A stretch of DNA of 64,000 nt, from positions 193,296-257,295 of the forward strand of contig JBBTVB010000002.1 of assembly GCA_038063455.1 (NCBI GenBank), given 5' to 3'. Each line of letters begins with the position of its first letter. The first letter of the stretch is position 1. This DNA is from Patescibacteria group bacterium. Its GTDB lineage: Bacteria > Patescibacteriota > Patescibacteriia > PEXW01. Made by a program: the position numbers and the translations under genes. Positions 34,867-43,733 of this stretch are shown here, in pieces. The notes under the pieces are model-generated. The model was not told the DNA's origin. It saw only the letters and a list, made by a program, of their open reading frames with translations, and did no database searches.

Positions 34867-35397
34867 ATGACTCCAGAAAACCCCACCGGCTTTGCCGAGG
34901 TGTACGACGCGTACGTCCAGAAGATCTACGCCTTCGTCTACTACCGCGTGAGCCACCGGGAAATTGCCGAAGACCTGACGAGTACTACCTTCCTAAAAGC
35001 CCTGGATAAATTCCACAGCTTCCGGAGTGGGAACCTGCAAGCCTGGCTCTACCGCATTGCCCGGAATACCGTAACAGACCACTACCGCACGCACCGACCA
35101 CCCGCGGATCTCGAGACCGCGCAGGATGTACGGAGCGCGAGTAACCCGGCCAATGATGCAGAAAATCGACTGCAGCTGGAACGCGTGCGGGTAGAGCTCG
35201 ACAAATTACCCGAGAAGCAGCGCGATATCATCATCATGCGCGTGTGGGACGGACTGACCCACGCAGAGATTGCTGAAGTACTAGGCAAGTCCGAAGCGAG
35301 CGTAAAAATGCAATTCTCCCGCAGTGTGCGAGCTCTACAATCAAAAATCCCGTTGGCTGCGCTTCTCCTCTTCCTAACTTTCCGTGCTCATGCCTAA
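34867..35397 (+). CDS. ECF-type RNA polymerase sigma-70 family factor
   Basis: Region 2 (AEDLTSTTFLKAL..QAWLYRIARNTVTDHYR) and region 4 (LPEKQRDIIIMRVWDGLTHAEIAEVLGKSEASVKMQFSRS). Confidence 0.9.
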   Translation: MTPENPTGFAEVYDAYVQKIYAFVYYRVSHREIAEDLTSTTFLKALDKFHSFRSGNLQAWLYRIARNTVTDHYRTHRPPADLETAQDVRSASNPANDAENRLQLERVRVELDKLPEKQRDIIIMRVWDGLTHAEIAEVLGKSEASVKMQFSRSVRALQSKIPLAALLLFLTFRAHA

Positions 35398-36853
35398 CCA
35401 CCTGCAAGATATACTCACAGACCTCTACGCCGTGGAGCCGACGCTGCAGCAACGCGAAGCTGAACTTGTACCCATTATCCAAAAACTCCTGGCAGCCAAA
35501 CCCGATGCCCAGGTTGATCCGGCCTTCCGGGAAAAACTTCGCTTGCAACTTTTACAAAAAACTTCACAACCTTCAACTGTAACTTTTTTTACTATGCGTA
35601 AATTCTCCTATGCGCTCTTCGCCGTGTTTGTGGTGGCTATAGCCGGGGTGGGCACCTACGCCGTGCTCAAGCGCAGCCCGGCCGCGCCTGCGGATAGTAC
35701 CCTTGCCCATGTGAGCATTACCCAGCGGGCTGCGGCCGCGTTTGGCGCGCTCGGCACCGGCACCAGCACGGCCGAAACCGCCAAGCTGCAAACCGGCAGC
35801 ACTACGCCCACCAGCGCCCCGGCCGCAGATCGCTCGGCCGCCACCTCGCTGATTGCGCCGGACATCTCCACTCTGTACACCGTGTACGAGTATGTCTACA
35901 CCGGCGGGCCGCTAACAATGCCGGACGCGCCCGTACTCAAACACGTTACCGGCGGTCTCGTGGAAGAACTACAAAGCAGCATACTAGGCGCCAAACTGGG
36001 CTTGCTAGACCTGGGGAGCTTTACCAACCTGGAGCTGCAAAGCTTTACAATGAGCCAGACCATTGAAAACGGCTATGCCTTTACCGTGGACGCCGTAAAC
36101 GGCACGGCCAGCATTTATACCAGCTGGCCACAGTACGGCGACATTACCCAGCTGCAGGAAGCCGGCCAAGCTGCCAGCACGGCCAGCCAAACCCTGCCGC
36201 TCGACAGCGAGCTCATTGCCGCAGCGAACGCCTTTGTGGCCGACCACGACATTGCCCGCAGCGCATACGGCGCGCCGGTGGTAAACAAAACCTTCCTGCC
36301 CTACAACGCCACCAGCCTGCCCTTGCGGCTGGGCTACCAACCAACCCTGGAAGTTGTGTACCCCTTGCTTATTAACGACCGGCCGGTGGTCAACGACAAT
36401 GGCGCGCCCAGCGGCTTAAGCGTATTTGTAGACGCGGCGAGCAAAAAGGTGACGGGCGTGAACAATTTGACCACGCTTACCTACGAGGCCTCCACCTACC
36501 CGCTGGCCACCGACACAACGGCTATTCTGGACGTGCTGCGTCGCGGCGGCGTGTATGGCAACGCAGATGTGCCTGGCGCCAAAAAAGTCCGCATCGAGGT
36601 AGGTGCGCCCTCGCTCGGCTACCTGTCGTCCCGCTACCAGGTAGACCAGACGGCGGCCGAGTACTTGGTGCCCGCCTATATTTTCCCCATCACCAATGCG
36701 CCGACCGGCGAACCACTCTACCGCACGGCCGTGGTGGTGCCGCTGGTACAGCAAGTGCTGGACCAGCAGGTTAAAGCCAGGCCGGCAGTAGACGCTGCGC
36801 TGCCGAGCGGGGCTGGGGGCAGCGAACCCACGCCAGACGACGCCCAGCGTTAA
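35390..36853 (+). CDS. putative anti-sigma factor: single-pass membrane protein with a large extracytoplasmic domain
   Basis: Overlaps the sigma-factor stop. A ~70-aa cytoplasmic N-terminus, one TM helix (YALFAVFVVAIAGVGTYAVL), then ~390 aa outside the membrane. Confidence 0.55.
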   Translation: MPNHLQDILTDLYAVEPTLQQREAELVPIIQKLLAAKPDAQVDPAFREKLRLQLLQKTSQPSTVTFFTMRKFSYALFAVFVVAIAGVGTYAVLKRSPAAPADSTLAHVSITQRAAAAFGALGTGTSTAETAKLQTGSTTPTSAPAADRSAATSLIAPDISTLYTVYEYVYTGGPLTMPDAPVLKHVTGGLVEELQSSILGAKLGLLDLGSFTNLELQSFTMSQTIENGYAFTVDAVNGTASIYTSWPQYGDITQLQEAGQAASTASQTLPLDSELIAAANAFVADHDIARSAYGAPVVNKTFLPYNATSLPLRLGYQPTLEVVYPLLINDRPVVNDNGAPSGLSVFVDAASKKVTGVNNLTTLTYEASTYPLATDTTAILDVLRRGGVYGNADVPGAKKVRIEVGAPSLGYLSSRYQVDQTAAEYLVPAYIFPITNAPTGEPLYRTAVVVPLVQQVLDQQVKARPAVDAALPSGAGGSEPTPDDAQR

Positions 36854-36860
36854 GACAAGA

Positions 36861-36892
36861 AAAAACCGCCTCCACATATGGGGGCGGTTTTA
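36861..36892. terminator. bidirectional hairpin between convergent genes
   Basis: AAACCGCC..GGCGGTTT stem flanked by A and T tracts. Overlaps the rpoD-like stop. Confidence 0.65.
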
Positions 36893-37756
36893 AGGTTTTT
36901 CTAGAAATGTTCGAAGGCGTCTGCTGCGCGATGCGTGTCGAAGTCGACGTATAGCTTTTTCTTTTATCTGTCGAACGCGTTCTCGAGTGAGGCTAAAACG
37001 TGAACCGATTTCTTCAAGAGTAAGCGCTCGTTTACCATACAGGCCAAAGTATAAAGAAATAACTTCGGCTTCTCTGGCCGTAAGGCTATCCAGAGCCTTT
37101 TGAACCTCTTGCTGAAGCGATGCGCGAATCATTTCTTCATCAGGCGATGGCTGGCCCTCATCCTCGAGAATATCGAGAAGAGAATTCTGCTCGTCCTGCG
37201 AGAAGGGCGCGTCCAGCGACAGGTGTGAGTTGAAAATTGTCAGCGTTTCAGTAACTTCCGCTTCGGAAAGTTGTATATCCGCAGCAATTTCCCCTGGTGA
37301 GGGTTGGCGACCGAGATGCTGCTCCAGCCTGGCAGAAGATTTGCCGATCTTGTGCAGCGTGCCGACGCGATTCAAGGGCAGTCGAACAATTCGGCTCTGC
37401 TCCGCAAGTGCTTGGAGAATTGCCTGCCGGGTCCACCACACAGCGTAACTAATGAACTTGAAGCCGCGGGTTTCATCAAAACGCCTAGCGGCTTTGATGA
37501 GGCCAACGTTGCCCTCGTTTATCAAGTCAGCGAGCGATAAGCCTTGATTCTGATATTGCTTCGCTATGGAAACCACAAAGCGCAAGTTCGCTTTCGTTAA
37601 TTTCTCTAGCGCTCGCTTATCGCCAAGCTTAATCCTACGGGCCAGGCGAACCTCTTCATCGGCTGTAATCAAAGGTGTCTCGCCAATCTCCCGTAAATAC
37701 AAATCTAGCGACCGGTCTTCGTCGCGGTATTTTATATTCTTCTTAGCCACGTGCAC
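36890..37756 (-). CDS. rpoD: RNA polymerase sigma-70 factor, RpoD/SigA-like (short, no region 1.1)
   Basis: [23 protein letters not shown]..; [54 protein letters not shown]; region 4 [31 protein letters not shown] start. Confidence 0.85.
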   Translation of the reverse strand: MHVAKKNIKYRDEDRSLDLYLREIGETPLITADEEVRLARRIKLGDKRALEKLTKANLRFVVSIAKQYQNQGLSLADLINEGNVGLIKAARRFDETRGFKFISYAVWWTRQAILQALAEQSRIVRLPLNRVGTLHKIGKSSARLEQHLGRQPSPGEIAADIQLSEAEVTETLTIFNSHLSLDAPFSQDEQNSLLDILEDEGQPSPDEEMIRASLQQEVQKALDSLTAREAEVISLYFGLYGKRALTLEEIGSRFSLTRERVRQIKEKAIRRLRHASRSRRLRTFLEKP

Positions 37757-37799
37757 CTGCTTCCAAGTTGTTAAAGGTATGTTTATGTTCTAGCGTTGG

Positions 37800-37828
37800 A
37801 CATTACCAATGTCCGGTAAGACTGTCAA
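37800..37828 (-). promoter_or_regulatory. promoter TTGACA-N17-TAATGT for the rpoD-like gene
   Basis: Read on the minus strand. Confidence 0.55.
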
Positions 37829-37865
37829 TGTAGGTACCATGCGTTGACGAGAGTCGCCGTTCTTA

Positions 37866-39563
37866 CTAGAATGGCCCAGCGTTAACCTTATGCTGGGCTA
37901 TTTGAAAAACCGTCGTAGCGGGGTGGCCATAGCTCAATGGTAGAGCACTGGTTTGTGGTACCAGTGGTTGTGGGTTCGAGTCCCATTGGCCACCCCAGGA
38001 GGCACTTAATTGATCTTTATGGTTAATTACGTACTTCCTGGGGTGACGACCACCCCCGTGCGCAGAAGCCCGTCCCAAAAGGACGGGTTTGTGCGTTTTA
38101 TGGGCAGCAGACTGTTGTAGGAGGGCTCTAAAAAGGCGGCTGGGTATTGCTGTCGAGATGTTATACCCATCCACCTCAAAACGCTCCCAAAAGAGCGCTA
38201 GGAGGTGCTTCTTCCTATCTGACGAGGCATTACGGTATGCAAGAGCAACATTCCTAGATAACTCAAGCGATTGGCATACTACATCCAGGGAATTATCCCT
38301 CACTCGCTCTAACTTACTGATGTGCTGTTCATTTTTTTCAAGTTCTAGACGCAAGCTATTCCTAATACGCTGAAAATCATCGTCATCAATAAGCCCGTCT
38401 AAAAGTTTACGTTCTAAAGTGTCTCGTTTTCGCTTTAACTCTGCTTGTTGTGCATGCAGTCCTATCCGTTCGTTTTCAATGATCTGCTTTTTTGAATCAA
38501 AGTATCTCTTTGCCTTGGTCGTTACTCTGCCAATAAACGCCTCGGTAAACTGAACTTGCTCAAATAACCTTCCAACTTCAGTCTCAAGATCAAGAGTGCC
38601 TGCATACTTTTTGCTTGGACAAAATCCTCGTTTGGCACAATGATAGTATGCTGCGTGTTTTCTAGCGTGTTTCTCTGCAACTAAACGATGACTACAAGTC
38701 GCACAATAAAGTACCCCGCGAAGCAGAAAATCATGTTTACGACGCCGATTAGCAAAACGGTTGTGTACAGCCATGACATTCTGGACTTGATCAAAAGTCA
38801 TGCTATCAATCAGTGCTGGATGTCCTCCATTCTTAAGATGGATACTGCCCCACCGAAGCTCACCTAGATAAAATCTATTCTTCAAAAGCTCATTGAGTCT
38901 ACTGTGCTGAAGTTTTTTTCCAGTTCTAGAGCGAAGGTTCTGGTCATAAAGCAAATCCCTTAAGTAAGCTACGGAGTAACGACCTGTAGCATAAAGTCGG
39001 AAGGCTTCGCGAATCCTTGTAGCAACTGGTTCATCTAATGAAACTACCCGGTCGCCTTGATTGTTAGTATGATTTTTATACCCTAAAGGTGCTTTCCCAG
39101 GTAGCCAACCTTTCCGAGCCTTTTCTTCCATACCCTTAAGTGTCTTGCGCGCAGTGATGTCTGATTGAAATTGGTTAACACTGGCAACGATGGTATCAAT
39201 CATCTGTCCTTCGGGAGTATCGTCGATAGTCGGCTGTGATGCAGAAATAAGCTGAACTTTGTGTTTTTTTAATATCGCTCGTATTGCTAGATGATCTTGT
39301 GTATTGCGTGCTAGACGATCTGTATCTTGAACCACAACAGCGGTAACTGTCAGATCTTTCTGGCATAACTCTATCATCTCTTGGAGCGCAGCTCTTTTCA
39401 TTGAAGATGCGCTTTTACCTGCATCTTCAAAGACTCGCATTACATGGTATCCCAAATCAGTTGCCAGCTTAGAACAAATCGATTTCTGTGCAGCCAACGA
39501 ATGGTGTCCTTCACCAGCTTGCTCGTCAGTTGAAACGCGAATGTAAATGACCGCATTTTTCAT
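37866..39563 (-). CDS. large serine recombinase (integrase)
   Basis: Resolvase/invertase catalytic domain (VIYIRVSTDEQ..DRLARN), recombinase domain, zinc ribbon (CATCSHRL..YYHCAKRGFC) and coiled coil. The last ~95 codons run antisense through the tRNA-His terminator and tRNA (..WDSNPQPLVPQTSALPLSYGHP..) and are probably read-through. Confidence 0.9.
   Translation of the reverse strand: MKNAVIYIRVSTDEQAGEGHHSLAAQKSICSKLATDLGYHVMRVFEDAGKSASSMKRAALQEMIELCQKDLTVTAVVVQDTDRLARNTQDHLAIRAILKKHKVQLISASQPTIDDTPEGQMIDTIVASVNQFQSDITARKTLKGMEEKARKGWLPGKAPLGYKNHTNNQGDRVVSLDEPVATRIREAFRLYATGRYSVAYLRDLLYDQNLRSRTGKKLQHSRLNELLKNRFYLGELRWGSIHLKNGGHPALIDSMTFDQVQNVMAVHNRFANRRRKHDFLLRGVLYCATCSHRLVAEKHARKHAAYYHCAKRGFCPSKKYAGTLDLETEVGRLFEQVQFTEAFIGRVTTKAKRYFDSKKQIIENERIGLHAQQAELKRKRDTLERKLLDGLIDDDDFQRIRNSLRLELEKNEQHISKLERVRDNSLDVVCQSLELSRNVALAYRNASSDRKKHLLALFWERFEVDGYNISTAIPSRLFRALLQQSAAHKTHKPVLLGRASAHGGGRHPRKYVINHKDQLSASWGGQWDSNPQPLVPQTSALPLSYGHPATTVFQIAQHKVNAGPF
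37922..37997 (+). tRNA. tRNA-His (anticodon GTG) with encoded G-1 and CCA
   Basis: Hand-folded. G-1 plus acceptor GTGGCCA/TGGCCAC, anticodon arm CTGGT-TTGTGGT-ACCAG, T-arm GTGGG-TTCGAGT-CCCAT, discriminator C. Confidence 0.9.
38069..38100 (+). terminator. hairpin plus T-rich tract downstream of tRNA-His
   Basis: CCCGTCC-CAAAA-GGACGGG followed by TTTGTGCGTTTTA. Confidence 0.5.
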
Positions 39564-39733
39564 ATCTTCTTTGCCTTTTGAATAAAATCCTCGAGATCAT
39601 TTCGATCCACCCGCCATTGGCCAATTTTTGCAGCCATGAGCCGCTTACCTTGTATGTATCTTAATATCGTCCTTTGGCTTACTCGAAGGGTTTCTGCAAC
39701 TTCTTCAATGGTGAGAAATCTGCTCTTATTTTT
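39560..39733 (-). CDS. excisionase/MerR-like HTH protein (start codon unclear)
   Basis: The open frame encodes ..FLTIEEVAETLRVSQRTILRYIQGKRLMAAKIGQWRVDRNDLEDFIQKAKKI. Its stop overlaps the recombinase ATG (ATATGA). The only upstream ATG (39737) is in another frame. Confidence 0.45.
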   Translation of the reverse strand, partial: KNKSRFLTIEEVAETLRVSQRTILRYIQGKRLMAAKIGQWRVDRNDLEDFIQKAKKI

Positions 39734-39767
39734 CATAGTTTTTATAATACTGGGCTATACAGATATG

Positions 39768-40133
39768 TCAATTTTTGTCATGTTTTGGCAATAGACCTTG
39801 AAGAGTCTTAGGCATTTTCCCCATGATGAACCTAGGAGCATTGGTCAACGAGTGAGGCAACTTACGTCCCTGAATTAAGTCTTCTTCGGCAATAAGCCTT
39901 TCGACCGCTTCATGGCTAACCCGACGAATGATCTTATTGGCAAGATTTTTCCCTACCCCCAATTGCCGGCCCATTTCGATACAAGTAATTTTTCGGTTTA
40001 CTTGCATAATTTGCGATGCAACTAGCTTAAGTTCATCGAGTTTTTTTATAGGAAGCTTGGGCATAGGCATCGTTATATGTACCTCATTATCCTTCTTGTC
40101 CCTCTTTAAGCGCATCATATTTTTCCAAACCAT
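39768..40133 (-). CDS. hypothetical protein with HTH-like segment
   Basis: ..ITCIEMGRQLGVGKNLANKIIRRV.. Start uncertain (40133, 40115 or 40070). AT-rich. Confidence 0.5.
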   Translation of the reverse strand: MVWKNMMRLKRDKKDNEVHITMPMPKLPIKKLDELKLVASQIMQVNRKITCIEMGRQLGVGKNLANKIIRRVSHEAVERLIAEEDLIQGRKLPHSLTNAPRFIMGKMPKTLQGLLPKHDKN

Positions 40134-40560
40134 TAAGCATTTGTTTACGCGCTAGGCTTATTGAATTAGATTTTATTTCATTACCTTTAGTCGACGTCTG
40201 GTTGGCATCTGGTTGCGGAATGGTTGTCATGGGAGCGGGAATGTAGCTCGTTTTCCTGCGGTCTGAACGTATTATCTGGTACTTCATCCAATTGGGGTGG
40301 AATCCATATCGCTCACCATCTACTTCATAAAGCGTTATCAGGGCTGATTTTTCAATCACGTTTATCATTTTTTGTACGCGAGTAATACCATACTTTTCCC
40401 TTGGAAAAACATTTGCTCGGATCAATGATGGATCAGCTCTGAACCTACCATCATCATCGGCAAAAGTTATCAAGCCGATATATAGTAGTCGTTCTTGCGG
40501 TCTTAGATCGGTAACCTTTTTAGACTGCCAAATCGTTGTGTGGATCATTCTTCTAGTCAT
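40087..40560 (-). CDS. phage/plasmid replication-organizer-like protein (DUF4373/DnaD-like N-terminus)
   Basis: IWQSKKVTDLRPQERLLYIGLITFADDDGRFRADPSLIRANVFP resembles the N-terminal domain of phage replisome organizers. Assignment from memory only. Confidence 0.45.
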   Translation of the reverse strand: MTRRMIHTTIWQSKKVTDLRPQERLLYIGLITFADDDGRFRADPSLIRANVFPREKYGITRVQKMINVIEKSALITLYEVDGERYGFHPNWMKYQIIRSDRRKTSYIPAPMTTIPQPDANQTSTKGNEIKSNSISLARKQMLNGLEKYDALKEGQEG

Positions 40561-40563
40561 ATT

Positions 40564-40809
40564 TTATAAGTTATCCATATATAACTTTGCCTTAAGTTCA
40601 CGCAGAATAAGGGCATATTTTCTTGCATCTACCATTGCAGTCTGACCAAAATTGTAGTTTTGAACTAGCCCCTCACGCTCTTGCCTATCAATAAAAACAA
40701 ATAGCGCCCGTTTAGGGTTCGTGCGGTCAATGTTCACAAGCTCAAGGCCTTCATTTAGAAGATAGGCCGTCAGGTAAAAGCTACTTGTTTTGTAATGTTT
40801 TTCGCTCAT
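40564..40809 (-). CDS. DUF5659-like small protein
   Basis: 81 aa. TSSFYLTAYLLNEGLELVNIDRTNPKRALFVFIDRQERE pattern. Confidence 0.6.
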   Translation of the reverse strand: MSEKHYKTSSFYLTAYLLNEGLELVNIDRTNPKRALFVFIDRQEREGLVQNYNFGQTAMVDARKYALILRELKAKLYMDNL

Positions 40810-40989
40810 ATATATCCTTATCTTGAAGTTGCTCGGTCACTTGATCGATAAAAAACTCTGCCAGCAGTTGTGCTGCGTTTTCTAAAATATCTTCGTTTTC
40901 TTCTGATTTTCCAGGCATTCTTATTCAAATAAAAAATCTACGATAAATCGTAGAGTCCTGGAGTGTTTTTTTATGTTCTAAATTGTTTT

Positions 40990-41604
40990 TTACGAAGAGT
41001 CGGCACCTTTATAGCGAACCTGCTTCCCTTTATACTCAAAAAGTTCTTTATCAATTTTGAAATCTTTTTTTATCTTGCTATTAAGCCTATAAACAATTTG
41101 ACGAACATCTGCTACTTGTTTTTTAGTTGGCTCGCCTCCCTTGATTGAGGTCCATACTTCATCAGCATTTTGAGAATTGCTGATGCCATTATCAATGATA
41201 AACTTTGCAAGCTGATAAATGTCCGTATCTTGGTCAAACTCACTTTCAAACATTCCCAGTTTCAACAAACCTGGTCTTTTAATTTGGAGCATTCCCCCAT
41301 ACTTTTTTAAAGCATACCGATGTGCTCTTGCCTCGTTAGCTGATTTAAAAACTTCATATTCTTTTTTAAAAATGTCTGCTCTTAAGAATTGAATGTTAAA
41401 GCCCAGACCCTCAATCTTTCGTAGCACTTTTATCACCCTCCGATTTTTAAGACTTCTGATATGTGTATCGACAAAATCTGGTTGAACCCTAAAACTTTTA
41501 TACCCAACAAAAATATCTGCATCATCAGGGGATGCTTCCTTTAGCTCTTGCAAAACATAATAAACCTGCCATTTCTTTTCTATCGGGTCCATATTCTTAT
41601 TCAA
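40990..41604 (-). CDS. hypothetical protein (possible C-terminal winged-helix)
   Basis: 204-aa AT-rich ORF. ..KKQVADVRQIVYRLNSKIKK.. resembles OmpR-type recognition-helix regions. No family assigned. Confidence 0.5.
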   Translation of the reverse strand: MNKNMDPIEKKWQVYYVLQELKEASPDDADIFVGYKSFRVQPDFVDTHIRSLKNRRVIKVLRKIEGLGFNIQFLRADIFKKEYEVFKSANEARAHRYALKKYGGMLQIKRPGLLKLGMFESEFDQDTDIYQLAKFIIDNGISNSQNADEVWTSIKGGEPTKKQVADVRQIVYRLNSKIKKDFKIDKELFEYKGKQVRYKGADSS

Positions 41605-41637
41605 AGAATTACTTAATATACTTTAGCCTTTTATGGA

Positions 41638-43422
41638 TTGCTAAACAACAAGCCAGGGAGTAGAATCTATCAGAATATGGATACTCAAATACTTCAACAA
41701 GCAACAAGTACCACGAATGAAATCCTTAGTAACTGTCTGGCAGGCCTATCAATGGTCAAGCTATGCCATTATGACCCTAGTAACCCAACGGTTTACTTTA
41801 GTCTAGGAGAGGGAATCGCTGCATTGGGGCTGATCTTTGCCGCTTTCCAGCTACGCAAGCCGATTTGGAATATGACTCTTGACATAAGAGGTCGTGCCTT
41901 AAGAAATCTCCATTGGCTTTTTGTGGTACTTGGTCTTTTATCTGTATTGGTTGCAGCGCTTTTACCTCAATTTTTGATTCTTCATCCAACTATCTTTCAA
42001 TACCCAATTTTCTGGGAGATGATAGCGTTAGTATCATTTGCTGCCGGCGCTTTTTCTTTTTATTGGTTTGGAACACATCGGAAAGGACTACTTACTAGAA
42101 AAAACGCTGAAAGATTCTTCCAGGTACTCCTACATGGGGCTGCTGTTACACGAGAAAACAATGCGGAAGATGTAGTGAAGTTAACGGGGGCTAATCTCAA
42201 AAAAATCATTCAATTTGCATCTGAAGTTCCAAGGTTTCCTAATGACAGCTGGAATGCTAAAGAAGAGGCTGGCAGTTACTGCTTATCAATTCTAAGTGTC
42301 GTTCTTACTGAACCAGAAATCATTAAACATATCGCAACATCACGGATTGACTTTCTTTTGCATTTAATTGGGGCTATAAGAGAGGGGAAACTTACCCACC
42401 CAGACACTCGTATATTGTTTCGTGAGATTTCAAAGGAGCTATTTGTAAATCCATCATCTTACTTATATCGACAGCTTCAATATGCTGGCCTGGGTTACGA
42501 AAAACCAGTCTATACCGCCTTGTTTCGAGATCAGATTGTATTAGATAACTATCGCCCGCTACAAGAATGGTATTACTGGAAAAAAGATGTTATTGATCGA
42601 AAGTATCTTGAGGTATATCTACAGGCATTGGAAACGGCTATTGAGGGTTACTGGTTTGATGAGAACGCTGGCCTTGATCATAGTTTATTCGCCTCAGCAT
42701 TTAGGCAACTTTCCGATGCCGCACAGAGCGTAGCTACGGCGGGAAGAAAAGAAGGTGTCCTACCTGGTACTGATACTTTCTGGTTATTACACGACATCAG
42801 TTCCTTCTTTGGACGCACTTTCCCACTGGCATACAATAACGCGGTAGAAAAAGGGAAGGTGAAAAAGACCGATATCAATGTTCAGGTAAGTCGAGATGGA
42901 GATAGTGACTCAATTACAGCCTATTTTATTGATGGCCTATTTGGATATTTTGAAGCCCTAAGTTACATAGATGACAAAGATGATGAGGTCAGATCACTCG
43001 CTATAGACGCAACAAACGCTGTAATAGATAAGTTTTCAGGAGATCATCAGGGCTATGCCAATATGGAGCAAAGACTGCTTAAGCTTTTTTGGGAACGCTT
43101 CGAGGAAAACGTAGCTGGCGGTTACGCGCCAATGATTAGAGTTTACATATCGTTGATTCTTTTCCCCATAGGAACCTACTCGCCCGAACAACAGCTTGAA
43201 AGAAATAGACTGATTAGATTCTTGTACGAAAAGGTGGGGCCGATTCTTAGAGCCGACCCTTCAAAAACAAGCAGATTCTTACCAATTTTTGTTGTATTCA
43301 ATAAGAAAACGAAAAAGTTTGAATGGGTAATGCATGGTGGTGGCAAGGTTGCATTGATTGAGGGGACTACAGCAACAGTTAAACCGCCTCGCCAAGCGCT
43401 CCACCGCCCAATTAAAAGATAA
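41638..43422 (+). CDS. hypothetical membrane protein (about 4 N-terminal TM helices plus ~430-aa helical soluble domain)
   Basis: 594-aa ORF with a TTG start at 41638 or an ATG at 41677. No motif recognised. Confidence 0.6.
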   Translation: MLNNKPGSRIYQNMDTQILQQATSTTNEILSNCLAGLSMVKLCHYDPSNPTVYFSLGEGIAALGLIFAAFQLRKPIWNMTLDIRGRALRNLHWLFVVLGLLSVLVAALLPQFLILHPTIFQYPIFWEMIALVSFAAGAFSFYWFGTHRKGLLTRKNAERFFQVLLHGAAVTRENNAEDVVKLTGANLKKIIQFASEVPRFPNDSWNAKEEAGSYCLSILSVVLTEPEIIKHIATSRIDFLLHLIGAIREGKLTHPDTRILFREISKELFVNPSSYLYRQLQYAGLGYEKPVYTALFRDQIVLDNYRPLQEWYYWKKDVIDRKYLEVYLQALETAIEGYWFDENAGLDHSLFASAFRQLSDAAQSVATAGRKEGVLPGTDTFWLLHDISSFFGRTFPLAYNNAVEKGKVKKTDINVQVSRDGDSDSITAYFIDGLFGYFEALSYIDDKDDEVRSLAIDATNAVIDKFSGDHQGYANMEQRLLKLFWERFEENVAGGYAPMIRVYISLILFPIGTYSPEQQLERNRLIRFLYEKVGPILRADPSKTSRFLPIFVVFNKKTKKFEWVMHGGGKVALIEGTTATVKPPRQALHRPIKR

Positions 43423-43539
43423 AATATGGGTCGTTACATTTGATTGTAGCCTGTCTTTACCTTAGAATTACTTAAGATTCAACCTTTAAGGAAGTAACCG
43501 ATCAACACACTCTAACCTACACCAATCTAGCTTTGCCTA

Positions 43540-43680
43540 AACTCCGCTCTGCGGAGCATGGCATAAAACCCCAGTACAGGAACGACAGCTCGTCGTTCAG
43601 CTACCTGTACTGGGTCATACCCCGAAAGGGATATGGGCGGCCGAAAGGTTGCCGTGCTGGCGGCGAGCTTTTGTGTTTAG
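43540..43680 (+). ncRNA. candidate structured RNA (four consecutive hairpins, two with GAAA tetraloops)
   Basis: CTCCGC-TCT-GCGGAG; CCCAGTACAGG[AACGAC-AGCTC-GTCGTT]..CCTGTACTGGG; CATACCC-GAAA-GGGATATG; GGCGGCC-GAAA-GGTTGCC; then a T-rich tract. Confidence 0.3.
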
Positions 43681-43733
43681 AAGTTGCTCATCAAACTCAC
43701 TCACAATTCACTCATTAAACAAGGAGATTTTAT

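Noticed and set aside
37866-38155. The C-terminal ~95 residues of the serine recombinase considered as a genuine extra domain.
   Set aside because: The sequence is antisense to tRNA-His and its terminator, and the composition changes at ~38100-38160. It is best explained as read-through into host DNA after integration; see the finding on this.
40781-40918. 45-aa acidic ORF (MPGKSEENEDILENAAQLLAEFF..) upstream of the DUF5659 gene.
   Set aside because: It overlaps the DUF5659 start by ~29 nt, has no clear RBS and matches no family. It may be real, but the sequence alone does not support it.
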